DNA from: Myxococcales bacterium
GTDB lineage: Bacteria > Myxococcota_A > Polyangia > Polyangiales > DASUME01
NCBI GenBank assembly: GCA_047601445.1
Contig: JASGJH010000001.1
Coordinates: 7,968,001-8,032,000, forward strand
DNA length: 64,000 bases
Reading direction: 5' to 3'
How positions within the stretch are numbered: position 1 is the first letter of the stretch; each line of letters begins with the position of its first letter. This document shows, one piece after another, positions 1-8,733 of the stretch. The position numbers were made by a program, and so were the translations under genes. Under the pieces are notes generated by a model that was not told the origin of the DNA, made no database searches, and worked only from the letters and a program-made list of their open reading frames with translations.

Positions 1-1811
1 AGCCGGCGTTCCTCGTCGACGTCGGTGGGGGCGGCCTCCGTGACCTTGGGATCGGTAATGCGGCTGTGGGGCAGCTGACCTTCGACCACCCCGATGAAGA
101 ACACCGTGTGGAACTCGAGGCCTTTGGACCCGTGCAGGGTGGAGAGGGTGACCTGGTTGGGTTCGCCCGACTCCTCATCGTCGTCGCCGTCCTTGCGCAG
201 CGTGATGCGCGCCAAGAACTGCGCGAGTGAAGGCTTCTCCTCGCCAGGCCGCGCCTCGTAGCGCTCGATGCTGCGCAAGAGGAACTGGATGTTCTCCCAG
301 CGTCGGGCGCCGACGGCGTCCTCGCCGTCGGTCAGGGCCTCACGCAACCCGACACCCTCGAACAGTTCGCCGGCTCCCTGGGCCAAATCGCGCCCCGACT
401 CGAAGCGGGCGCGCATCTTGGCCAGCATGTCGTTGAGCTTCTGGATGGAGCGCCGGGCGTTGTCCGGCACGTCGGGCATGCTCTCCGCGCGCTTCACTGC
501 CTCGGCAAAGCTGATGCCGCGGGCCAGGCGTAGGCGATCGATGCGCTCGATGGTGGTGTCACCAATCCCGCGCGGGGGGTAGTTGATGATGCGGCGCAGC
601 GACATGTCGTCGAGCGGATTGACGGCCACGCGCAGGTAGGCCGCCGCGTCCTTCACCTCTTTGCGATCGAAAAACTGCGTGCCGCCGAAGAGCTGGTAGG
701 GGATGCCGTTGGCCCGCAGCTCCTCCTCGATGAGCCGCGCCTGCAAGTTGGAGCGATACAGGATGGCCATGTCCTTGTAGGGCAGCCGATCGCGGTGCAG
801 GTCCTTGATTTCTTCGGCCACGAAGCGGGACTCGTGGCCCGGGTCGTCGCAGGCCACCAGGCGCACCTTGTCGCCGCCGCCGCGCGCGGCGCGCAGCGTC
901 TTCTGGTGGCGCTTGTGCTGGCTGTTGGCGATGGCCGCGTTGGCCACGTCGAGCACGGCCGCACGCGAGCGATAGTTGTCCTCGAGCTTGACCACCTTGG
1001 CGCCCGGGAAATGGGACTCGAACTCGAGGATGTTGCGCACGTCCGCGCCACGCCAGCCGTAGATGGCCTGGTCGTCGTCGCCCACCACGCACACGTTGCC
1101 GAGCTCGTTGGCCAGGAGCAGGAGCGTCTTGAGCTGCGCGCCGTTGGTGTCCTGGAACTCGTCGATGAGGATGTGCCGGAAGCGCCGCTGCCACTTCTCG
1201 CGGATCTGGGGGTGCTTCTCCAAGATCTGGACCGGCAACGACACCAAATCGTCGAAGTCCACCGCGTGCATGTTGCGCAGGCCCTGCTCGTAGCGGGGGT
1301 AAATCTCGCGTGCCACGGCGTCGTACTCGAAGTCGCTCTCGGGGATTTGCCCGGGCAGCTTCATCTCGTTTTTCCACAGCGAGATGCGCGACAGGATCGC
1401 CATCGTGTCGAGCTTGCGATCGCTCTCGGCGTTGCGCGCCTGCCGCATCAGCTCGCGTACCAAACCAGTGGCATCGGCCTGGTCGAAGATCACGAAGCGC
1501 CCGTCGTAGCCGAGCACCCGGTTCTCTTCTTGCAGGAAGCGCACGCCGAAGCTGTGGAAGGTGGAGAGCACGAGGCGCTCGGCCGACTTCTCGCCCACCA
1601 GCGGCACCATGCGCTCGCGCATTTCTTCCGCGGCCTTGTTGGTGAAGCTGACGGCCAGGATCTGCTCGGGGCGGATACCCTGCGAGAGCAGTCGCGCGAT
1701 GCGCATGGTGATGACCCGCGTCTTGCCGCTGCCCGCACCCGCCAATACCAGCAGGGGACCTGTGCCGTGCTCCACGGCGGCGCGCTGAGACGCGTTCAAT
1801 CCATCCGTCAT
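1..1811 (-). CDS. UvrD/Rep-family SF1 DNA helicase (3' end runs off window)
   Basis: Manual translation from ATG 1811: MTDGLNASQRAAVEHGTGPLLVLAGAGSGKTRVIT (motif I); near the window edge VTLSTLHGSKGLEF and EERRL (motifs V/VI). Not in the ORF track because the stop lies outside the window. Confidence 0.93.
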   Translation of the reverse strand, partial: MTDGLNASQRAAVEHGTGPLLVLAGAGSGKTRVITMRIARLLSQGIRPEQILAVSFTNKAAEEMRERMVPLVGEKSAERLVLSTFHSFGVRFLQEENRVLGYDGRFVIFDQADATGLVRELMRQARNAESDRKLDTMAILSRISLWKNEMKLPGQIPESDFEYDAVAREIYPRYEQGLRNMHAVDFDDLVSLPVQILEKHPQIREKWQRRFRHILIDEFQDTNGAQLKTLLLLANELGNVCVVGDDDQAIYGWRGADVRNILEFESHFPGAKVVKLEDNYRSRAAVLDVANAAIANSQHKRHQKTLRAARGGGDKVRLVACDDPGHESRFVAEEIKDLHRDRLPYKDMAILYRSNLQARLIEEELRANGIPYQLFGGTQFFDRKEVKDAAAYLRVAVNPLDDMSLRRIINYPPRGIGDTTIERIDRLRLARGISFAEAVKRAESMPDVPDNARRSIQKLNDMLAKMRARFESGRDLAQGAGELFEGVGLREALTDGEDAVGARRWENIQFLLRSIERYEARPGEEKPSLAQFLARITLRKDGDDDEESGEPNQVTLSTLHGSKGLEFHTVFFIGVVEGQLPHSRITDPKVTEAAPTDVDEERR

Positions 1812-1954
1812 GGAACACCCGTTCTTAGCCAAAGCGACTGTCCTCGCAAGGGAGAACGACACCCGCTGCGCACGCGAGTCGGACGCGCTCGCCGCTCGGC
1901 GCACCCTGCACGCCAGATCTTGCGGAGATCGCGCAGGTAGGGTCAGCTAACCCC

Positions 1955-3121
1955 ATGGCCAATCACGAAGCAGAGCTGGACACCCTCGCGATCCACGCCG
2001 GGCAATCACCCGATCCAACCACCGGCGCCGTGATGCCCCCGATCGTGCTCTCGAGCACGTTCGCCCAGGAGGGCCCCGGCAAGCACAAGGGTTTCGAGTA
2101 CGCGCGCAGCGACAATCCCACACGTCGCACCCTCGAGCACTGCTTGGCGTCCCTGGAGGGAGCCGCGTATGGGCTAGCCTTCGCCTCCGGCTGTGGCGCG
2201 ATGAACACGCTCCTGAGCACGTTGCGCCCGGGTGATCACGTGGTTGCCTGCGACGACGTTTACGGCGGAACCTTTCGGCTGCTCGACAAGGTGTTCCAGC
2301 CCTTCGGCATCGAGACCACCTGGGTCGATCTCAGTGATATGTCTCGCCTGTCGAGCGCGCTGCGGCCCAGCACCAAGTTCGTATGGCTCGAGACGCCCAC
2401 CAACCCGATGCTCAAGCTGCTCGACATTCGAGCCGCCGCGCGCGTGACCAAGGCACAGGGCATCAAACTCGTGGTGGACAACACCTTTGCCACGCCGATG
2501 CTGCAGCAGCCCCTGCGCATGGGCGCCGACGTCGTCGTGCACTCCACCACCAAGTACCTCAACGGCCATAGCGACGTGGTCGGTGGCGCCATCCTGACCA
2601 GCGACGAGGACCTGATCACCAAGCTGCGCTTCTTGCAAAACGCTCAAGGAGCCGTTCCTTCGCCCTTCGATTGCTTCCTTGTACTGCGCGGCGTGAAGAC
2701 CCTGCCGGTGCGCATGGAGCGCCACTGCAAGACGGCCCACGCGCTGGCGAGTTGGCTCGAGCAGCAGCCCGAGATCGAACGCGTGTACTACCCCGGTCTC
2801 GCGAGCCATCCGCAGCACGCCCTCGGCGAGGCGCAGATGCGCGGCTTCGGCGGCATGATCTCCTTCGTCATCAAGGGCGGGCTGCCGGCGGCCCGAGCCC
2901 TGCTCGAATCGGTGCGCATCTTCGTGTGCGCCGAAAGTCTGGGCGGCGTGGAATCGCTCATCGAGCACCCGGCCCTGATGACCCACGGCTCCATCCCGCG
3001 CGAGACGCGTGAGGCTATCGGTATCGGGGACGGCCTGATCCGCATCAGCGTGGGCCTCGAGGCGGAGAGCGACCTGCGGGCCGATCTCGCTCAGGGCCTG
3101 AAAGCGGCGTCACGCGCGTGA
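1955..3121 (+). CDS. metB: Cystathionine gamma-synthase/lyase (Cys/Met PLP-dependent enzyme)
   Basis: YARSDNPT, ETPTNP, VVDNTF, HSTTKYLNGHSD (PLP lysine), ESLGGVESLIEHP. Confidence 0.9.
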   Translation: MANHEAELDTLAIHAGQSPDPTTGAVMPPIVLSSTFAQEGPGKHKGFEYARSDNPTRRTLEHCLASLEGAAYGLAFASGCGAMNTLLSTLRPGDHVVACDDVYGGTFRLLDKVFQPFGIETTWVDLSDMSRLSSALRPSTKFVWLETPTNPMLKLLDIRAAARVTKAQGIKLVVDNTFATPMLQQPLRMGADVVVHSTTKYLNGHSDVVGGAILTSDEDLITKLRFLQNAQGAVPSPFDCFLVLRGVKTLPVRMERHCKTAHALASWLEQQPEIERVYYPGLASHPQHALGEAQMRGFGGMISFVIKGGLPAARALLESVRIFVCAESLGGVESLIEHPALMTHGSIPRETREAIGIGDGLIRISVGLEAESDLRADLAQGLKAASRA

Positions 3122-3146
3122 GGGCAGGGGGGCGGTTTTCCCTGGC

Positions 3147-3230
3147 AGCGCGGCGAACCTCGCGGTGGGGTGGGCCCCGGCGCGGCTTTGCCGCGACGGT
3201 CGGGGAGGTCGCGTGACCTCCCCGATTAAC
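3147..3230 (+). repeat. REP-like palindromic dispersed repeat, copy A
   Basis: GCGAACCTCGCGGTGGGGTGGG...CGCGGCTTTGCCGCG...CGGGGAGGTC-GCGT-GACCTCCCCG; matches copies at 11248, 25506 and 36882. Confidence 0.9.
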
Positions 3231-3376
3231 AGAAAAACCGTTCGCACTGAAAAATCGCGTCGATTCGCGGGTTTTCGACGCAAAAACAATGCTTTGCGAG
3301 CGGTGCGCGAATTGTTAGCATGCGCGGAAAATTGGGTGCGTCGCGGCGGGTCCGCGCGCGAGCAAAAGAGGGACTG

Positions 3377-3952
3377 ATGCGTGATGCATCGCGTTGGGCG
3401 TTGATTTCGGTGGGCCTCTTCTTGGGTGCGTGCAGCGACGAGAAGCCGGGACCCATCGTGAACGAAGAAATCAGCTGGCAGATCGGCTGCTTTTCGGGGA
3501 TGTGCGGCTCGAGCCTGACGGCCCATTCGCAGGAGATCGATCTGGACGTGCCCTACCAGGTCTCGTGCGGGAGCAACGGCTCGTTCTTCGACATCACCAT
3601 CTACGATCCGGGTCGTTCCCAGGAGATGATGACGGACCAGGGCCTGCAGCCCGCGCGCTTCCCGAGCACGCTCAACATCACCAACATCGACCGCGACAGC
3701 GGCAAGAGCTGCAACGTGGAGGTCACCGAGCAGCGCGTCGGTGATTCCGGGGCGTTCTCGTACCGCGGCAAGTGCGGCGATGCCTGCACGCTCAAGGTGA
3801 TGCCCAAGGAAGGAAATTGGGATTTCATCGGGGAGCTGAGCTGCGACGGTCTCACCGCCCAGGGCAACGACTCCGACGAGGCCCCGCGCTATTCGCTGAC
3901 CGAGCCTGGCTCCGACAAACCCGTCATCATCAAGGTGGGTAACTGCAACTGA
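3377..3952 (+). CDS. Hypothetical lipoprotein
   Basis: ATG 3377 after GAGGG; signal peptide with lipobox LGAC; several Cys; GC3-biased codons. Confidence 0.75.
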   Translation: MRDASRWALISVGLFLGACSDEKPGPIVNEEISWQIGCFSGMCGSSLTAHSQEIDLDVPYQVSCGSNGSFFDITIYDPGRSQEMMTDQGLQPARFPSTLNITNIDRDSGKSCNVEVTEQRVGDSGAFSYRGKCGDACTLKVMPKEGNWDFIGELSCDGLTAQGNDSDEAPRYSLTEPGSDKPVIIKVGNCN

Positions 3953-4025
3953 ATTCGATCGGTCCTGGATCGCTCGAAAACCGGGGCCGCTTGAAAAGCC
4001 CGGCTAGAAAGCCAAGATCGAGCGC

Positions 4026-5780
4026 GTGACCACGCGTGCGTCGACTCACGAACGTACCTCCCTGGAGCTCGGTAGCGAGCCCGAGGTGTTCTCGGTCGAG
4101 CGCGTCGGCTGGCTGATCCGGCTGCGCTGGTTCGCCCTGCTGGGCATCGCGGTGGCCGCCGCGCTGGCGGCCTTCGGCGCCTTCCCGGGCGTGCGCTGGA
4201 CCGTGCTCGTGGCCACGGCCGCGTTCTCGTCCGTGTACAACTTCCTGCTCTGGCGCAGCTATCGGCTCGGGGCCGCGCCCGCGGGCGGCATGGCGGGCAC
4301 CGTGCAAGCCCTGGGCGACATGTTGATGCTCACGGTCGTGCTGTGGGCGGCGGGCGGGGCGGAGTGTCCCTTCGTCAGCTACTACGTGTTCCACGTCGCC
4401 ATCGTCGGCATCCTGGCTGGGCCCCGCGCGACTCAGCTGGCGGCGGTCACGGCCATGATCGGCACCGGTTTCTTGGTGCTCGCCAGCGCCTTCGAGCCGC
4501 TGCGCATCGGGCGCTGGGATCCGGTGCCGCCGTGGGACTTCATCGGCGAGGCGGTGGCCTTCGTCAGCACCGTAGGCACGGTGGCGTACCTGGTGACGCA
4601 CGCGGTGCGCGAGCTGCGCGATCGCGAGAAGGCGCTGACGCGTGCCCGTGACAACGCGGCGCTGGAGTACGAGCTGCTGTCCAACACGCTCGATCAGCTC
4701 GAGGCCGGCCTCGAGGTGCTCGACGCCGACGGGCGCGTAGCGTGGCGCAATCGACGTGCCGAGGAGTTGGCCGGGGACTTCTCACAGCCCGGCGTGTGCC
4801 CGCGCTCTGGGCACCCGTGCACCCCCATCGGTAAGAGCGCCTGTCCCATCGAGCTGGGACTTCAACAGGAGAAGGAGCCCGGGCGCTGCCGCTTCGCGTT
4901 CGCGACCGACGGAAACGAGCGCGTGTACGAGATGCTCACCTTCCCCCTCGCCAGCACGCGCTCGGGAGTGCAGCTGATGAACCTCTACGTGGACCGTACC
5001 AACGCCACGCTCGCCGATCAGCGCCTGCTCTTGGCCGAGCGCCTCGTCAGCCTGGGGCGTGTGGCGCAGGGCGTTGCCCACGAGCTGAACACACCGCTGG
5101 CCACGATCCGCACCTTGGCCACGGACATGCGGGCCAGCGTGCGCGAAGTGCAGACGCAGCCCCCGCTGGGGAAAGCGGAGGCCTACGACAAGCTGTGCGC
5201 GGACGTGGACGAGTCGGCGGCGTTGGTTCACGACGAGACCCTGCGCCTCGGCCGCATCACGCAGAGCCTGCTAGCGGGAGGGGACCTGGTGCGCAGCAAG
5301 ATCCAGGGCGAAGTACCGGTGGCCGCGCTGGTCGAGCGGGCGCGTGCACTGGTCTTCGCCGGCGTACGCAGCGGTCCGCGCGTGGAGGTGGGGGAGGGCA
5401 TCGATGGGCTGCGCGTGAAGGCGGACCCGGATCGCCTGGTGCAGGTGCTGGTGAATCTGCTGCAAAACGCCTACGACGCTGTGCGCGACAAGCCCGCAGG
5501 CCAGGTGCTGATCCGGGCCGAAACCGACGCCGAGCACGCGCGCATCTTGATCGAAGACGACGGCGCGGGGCTCGCCCCGGAGCTGCGGCAGAGGCTGTTC
5601 GAGCCCTTCGCCACCACCAAGACGCACGGCACGGGCCTCGGCCTCTACACTTCGTACATGCTGGCCAAGGCGATGGAAGGTGATCTCTGGCTCGACCCGC
5701 GCAGCGCGGGTGGAACCGTGGCTACACTGCGCCTGAAGCGCGCGCCGCTCATCGCGGGCTACAAGGAGGCGAGCGTGTGA
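4026..5780 (+). CDS. Membrane sensor histidine kinase (RegB-like TM region, PAS-like, HisKA, HATPase)
   Basis: WLIRLRW plus several TM helices; AHELNTPL H-box; NLLQNA, DDGAG, FEPFATTK..GTGLGL. Confidence 0.92.
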   Translation: MTTRASTHERTSLELGSEPEVFSVERVGWLIRLRWFALLGIAVAAALAAFGAFPGVRWTVLVATAAFSSVYNFLLWRSYRLGAAPAGGMAGTVQALGDMLMLTVVLWAAGGAECPFVSYYVFHVAIVGILAGPRATQLAAVTAMIGTGFLVLASAFEPLRIGRWDPVPPWDFIGEAVAFVSTVGTVAYLVTHAVRELRDREKALTRARDNAALEYELLSNTLDQLEAGLEVLDADGRVAWRNRRAEELAGDFSQPGVCPRSGHPCTPIGKSACPIELGLQQEKEPGRCRFAFATDGNERVYEMLTFPLASTRSGVQLMNLYVDRTNATLADQRLLLAERLVSLGRVAQGVAHELNTPLATIRTLATDMRASVREVQTQPPLGKAEAYDKLCADVDESAALVHDETLRLGRITQSLLAGGDLVRSKIQGEVPVAALVERARALVFAGVRSGPRVEVGEGIDGLRVKADPDRLVQVLVNLLQNAYDAVRDKPAGQVLIRAETDAEHARILIEDDGAGLAPELRQRLFEPFATTKTHGTGLGLYTSYMLAKAMEGDLWLDPRSAGGTVATLRLKRAPLIAGYKEASV

Positions 5781-7132
5781 AGGGCAGCGTGCTCATCATC
5801 GACGACGACCGCACCTTCCGCTTCGCGATGGGCAAGGCCTTGCGTCGCCTGGGTTTCGAGGTCGACGAGGCCGAGAGCGCCGAGCTGGCGCTGCCCAAGT
5901 TGGCGCGCGCCGAGTGCCCAGACGTGGCCTTGCTCGACCTGCGTATGGCGGGCATGGGCGGCATGGAGCTGTTGCGGCGTCGCGGCGCTTCGCGCACGCG
6001 CTTCGTGGTGCTCACGGGACACGGCACCGTGCAGGCGGCCGTGGAGGCCATGCAATTGGGGGCGTTCTCGTTCCTGGAGAAGCCAGTGGACGCCGAGGTG
6101 CTCGCGCCGCTGCTCTCGCAGGCCATCGCCGACAAGGATCGCGCGCGCCAGGAGGGGGCCTCCGAGTTCGTGCCGCCGCTGGTGGGCGAGAGCGAGGACA
6201 TCCAGGCCGTGCGGCGCTTCGTGACCCTGGCGGGGCCCACTGATGCCACCGTCGCGATCTACGGCGAGACGGGCTGCGGCAAGGAGGTGGTGGCCCGCCA
6301 CATCCATCTCGCTAGCCACCGACGCGCGGGGCCTTTCGTGGCCTTCAATGGCGCCGCCATCGCGCGCGAGCTGTTCGAGAGCGAGCTGTTCGGACACCGG
6401 CGTGGTGCTTTTACGGGCGCCAGCGAAGATCACCTGGGACTGTTTCGCGAGGCCCACGGCGGCACGCTCTTCATCGATGAACTCGCCGAGCTCCCGCTCG
6501 ACAGCCAGGCCAAGCTCCTGCGCGCGCTGGAAACGCGCATGATCCGGCCGGTCGGCGACAAGCGCGAGGTGGCCGTGAACGTGCGCATCGTGGCCGCCAC
6601 CAACCGCGACTTGTGGCCGGAGGTTCAGGGCGGGCGCTTCCGCGAGGACCTCTATTTCCGCCTGCAAGTCTTGCCCATCGTCGTTCCGCCGCTGCGCAAG
6701 CGCACGATGGACATCGTCCCCCTGGCCGAACACCTGCTCGAGCGCTTGGCCAGCGGCCATCGTCTGCGCGAGGACGCCAAGTCCGCGCTCCTCAGCTATC
6801 GCTGGCCAGGCAACGTGCGCGAGCTGCTCAACGTGCTGCGGCGGGCGACCTTGTTTGCCGAGGGCCCCGAGCTCGATCTGGAGCTGATCCGGCGCATGCT
6901 GGCGGCCTCCGTCTTCGCCCACGGCGCGCCCCAGCGTGCCGAGCCGGTGGTGGCGCAGGCGATGCCCGTGGGCTCCGCGGGCTCCACCAACCTGGCCGAG
7001 ATGGAACGGACCCACATCGAGCGCGTGCTCTCGGAGATGGGCGGCAACATCACGCGGGCGGCCACGGCCCTGGGCATCGATCGGCGCACCTTGCAGCGCA
7101 AACTCAAGGGCTACGGCATCGATACCGAGTGA
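5777..7132 (+). CDS. Sigma54-dependent response regulator (NtrC/AtoC family)
   Basis: Receiver LLDLRM; GETGCGKE, ESELFGH..GAFTGA, LFIDE, WPGNVREL; Fis-type HTH; GTGA overlap with the kinase. Confidence 0.95.
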   Translation: MKGSVLIIDDDRTFRFAMGKALRRLGFEVDEAESAELALPKLARAECPDVALLDLRMAGMGGMELLRRRGASRTRFVVLTGHGTVQAAVEAMQLGAFSFLEKPVDAEVLAPLLSQAIADKDRARQEGASEFVPPLVGESEDIQAVRRFVTLAGPTDATVAIYGETGCGKEVVARHIHLASHRRAGPFVAFNGAAIARELFESELFGHRRGAFTGASEDHLGLFREAHGGTLFIDELAELPLDSQAKLLRALETRMIRPVGDKREVAVNVRIVAATNRDLWPEVQGGRFREDLYFRLQVLPIVVPPLRKRTMDIVPLAEHLLERLASGHRLREDAKSALLSYRWPGNVRELLNVLRRATLFAEGPELDLELIRRMLAASVFAHGAPQRAEPVVAQAMPVGSAGSTNLAEMERTHIERVLSEMGGNITRAATALGIDRRTLQRKLKGYGIDTE

Positions 7133-7136
7133 GGTT

Positions 7137-8717
7137 CTAGCTCGCGAACTGCACCGAGAAGCGCGCGCCGCCGAGCGCGCTCTCCTCGACGCGGATCTCC
7201 GCGGCGTGGTCGCTCAGGATGCGCTTGACGATGGCCAACCCGAGCCCCGTGCCCTGTGGTTTGCTCGTGACGTAAGGCTCGAAGATGCGCGCGCGCTCCT
7301 CGGGCGGCACACCGGGGCCATTGTCCTCCACGTCGAGCCTCACGGTGCCGCCCTCGAGGACGATCCGCACGAGCACCCGCGGCTCCTCCGCGCGGCCGCC
7401 GCGCGCCGCATCGAAGGCGTTCTGCAGCAGGTTCACCAGGACTTGCGTGATCTGCTCACGATCCAGGCGCACGTTCGGCAAGCCCTCGGACTTCTCCACC
7501 TCGAGCCGCACGTCCGGCGGTCGATAGAGCTGCACGACGTCGTCCACCAAGGCATCCAGCGCGAGGGCTCCTGGCTCGGGTTTGGGCAGCCGCGCGAACT
7601 CACTGAACTCGCGTACGATGCGCTCCAGGCGCCGCACCTCTTCGAGCACCGTGCGGGTCGATTCCTCGAAGATCTCGTCGAATCCCGGTATGCGTTTCTG
7701 GTGCGCCTTGCGCAGGGTCTCCATCGCCATCTGGATGGGCGACAGTGGATTCTTGATCTCGTGGGCGATGCGCCGCGCGATGTCCTGAAACGCCGCGGCC
7801 CGCTCCGCCTCGGCCAGGCGCACGCGCATTTCGCGTAGCTCGCGGGTCATGCGGTCGAAGCTCCGGAAGGTCTGGTCGGCCTTGCCGCCTACCCGTAGGT
7901 TAATCGTGGAGGTGAGGTCTCCTTCGGCCACCCGTGTCGCAGCGCGCTCCAATTCGGCGAGTACGGCGTCGTCCGGGGGCCGCGAGCGCGCGAGCCACAA
8001 GCCCAGCAGCCCGCCGAACACCCCGCTCCCCAGCACGAGGCTCAGCAAGAGTCCGAGCGGCTCGGGCCTGGCTGGCGGCTTGCCGTGAGCGCTCACGAGC
8101 AGGTCCGCTGCGCCGTCGACGCCCGCCACGCGCGCCAATTCGATGCCACGAGGTGTGGCCGAGGCGGCTGCGTATTCGAGCGTGCTGCTGAGGCGGGTGA
8201 GCTCCGACGCTGGCCAGCTCTTGACCACCCACAACGCGCTTCCCTTGAGCCCGCGCCGACAGCTGACCGCGAGGGCCATCCCAGGCGTGTCGAACGCCAC
8301 GCTGGCCTGGGAGCCAGCGCGCAGCGCGTCGGCGCTCGGCAGTCGGGCAGGGGGCTCGCCGCTCGCGCCGAGCAGCTTGACCGCACCGCCTGCACCCTGG
8401 TGCAGGAGCCAGATTTCTTCTCCGTGGCTCTTGGCGATCGCGCGGGCGATCGGAGATGCGTCCCCGAGCTCGTTGCCCAGGCTCGCGAGCTCGAGCCCCA
8501 AGCGCTCGACCCTCACGTCATGGCGACACAGGTCGCGCACTCGCTCGAGCTCCAGCGAGAGGACGCTCTGGAGCATGTCGCGCAGGCCGCTGCTGGCCGC
8601 GCTCGCATCGGCGGGCACACGCGCGCGCTCCTGGGCCGACAGCAACCAGGCCAGGCTGACGCCCACCAGCGCCGCCGTGATCACCCCGGCCACGAGCCCC
8701 GAGAACAGTCGTGTCAT
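7137..8717 (-). CDS. HAMP-domain sensor histidine kinase (NtrY-like)
   Basis: Two TM helices, HAMP, RRIAHEIKNPLSPI, DNGPG, FEPYVTSKPQGTGLGL. Confidence 0.92.
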   Translation of the reverse strand: MTRLFSGLVAGVITAALVGVSLAWLLSAQERARVPADASAASSGLRDMLQSVLSLELERVRDLCRHDVRVERLGLELASLGNELGDASPIARAIAKSHGEEIWLLHQGAGGAVKLLGASGEPPARLPSADALRAGSQASVAFDTPGMALAVSCRRGLKGSALWVVKSWPASELTRLSSTLEYAAASATPRGIELARVAGVDGAADLLVSAHGKPPARPEPLGLLLSLVLGSGVFGGLLGLWLARSRPPDDAVLAELERAATRVAEGDLTSTINLRVGGKADQTFRSFDRMTRELREMRVRLAEAERAAAFQDIARRIAHEIKNPLSPIQMAMETLRKAHQKRIPGFDEIFEESTRTVLEEVRRLERIVREFSEFARLPKPEPGALALDALVDDVVQLYRPPDVRLEVEKSEGLPNVRLDREQITQVLVNLLQNAFDAARGGRAEEPRVLVRIVLEGGTVRLDVEDNGPGVPPEERARIFEPYVTSKPQGTGLGLAIVKRILSDHAAEIRVEESALGGARFSVQFAS

Positions 8718-8733
8718 CGGGCGAGACTTTAGC

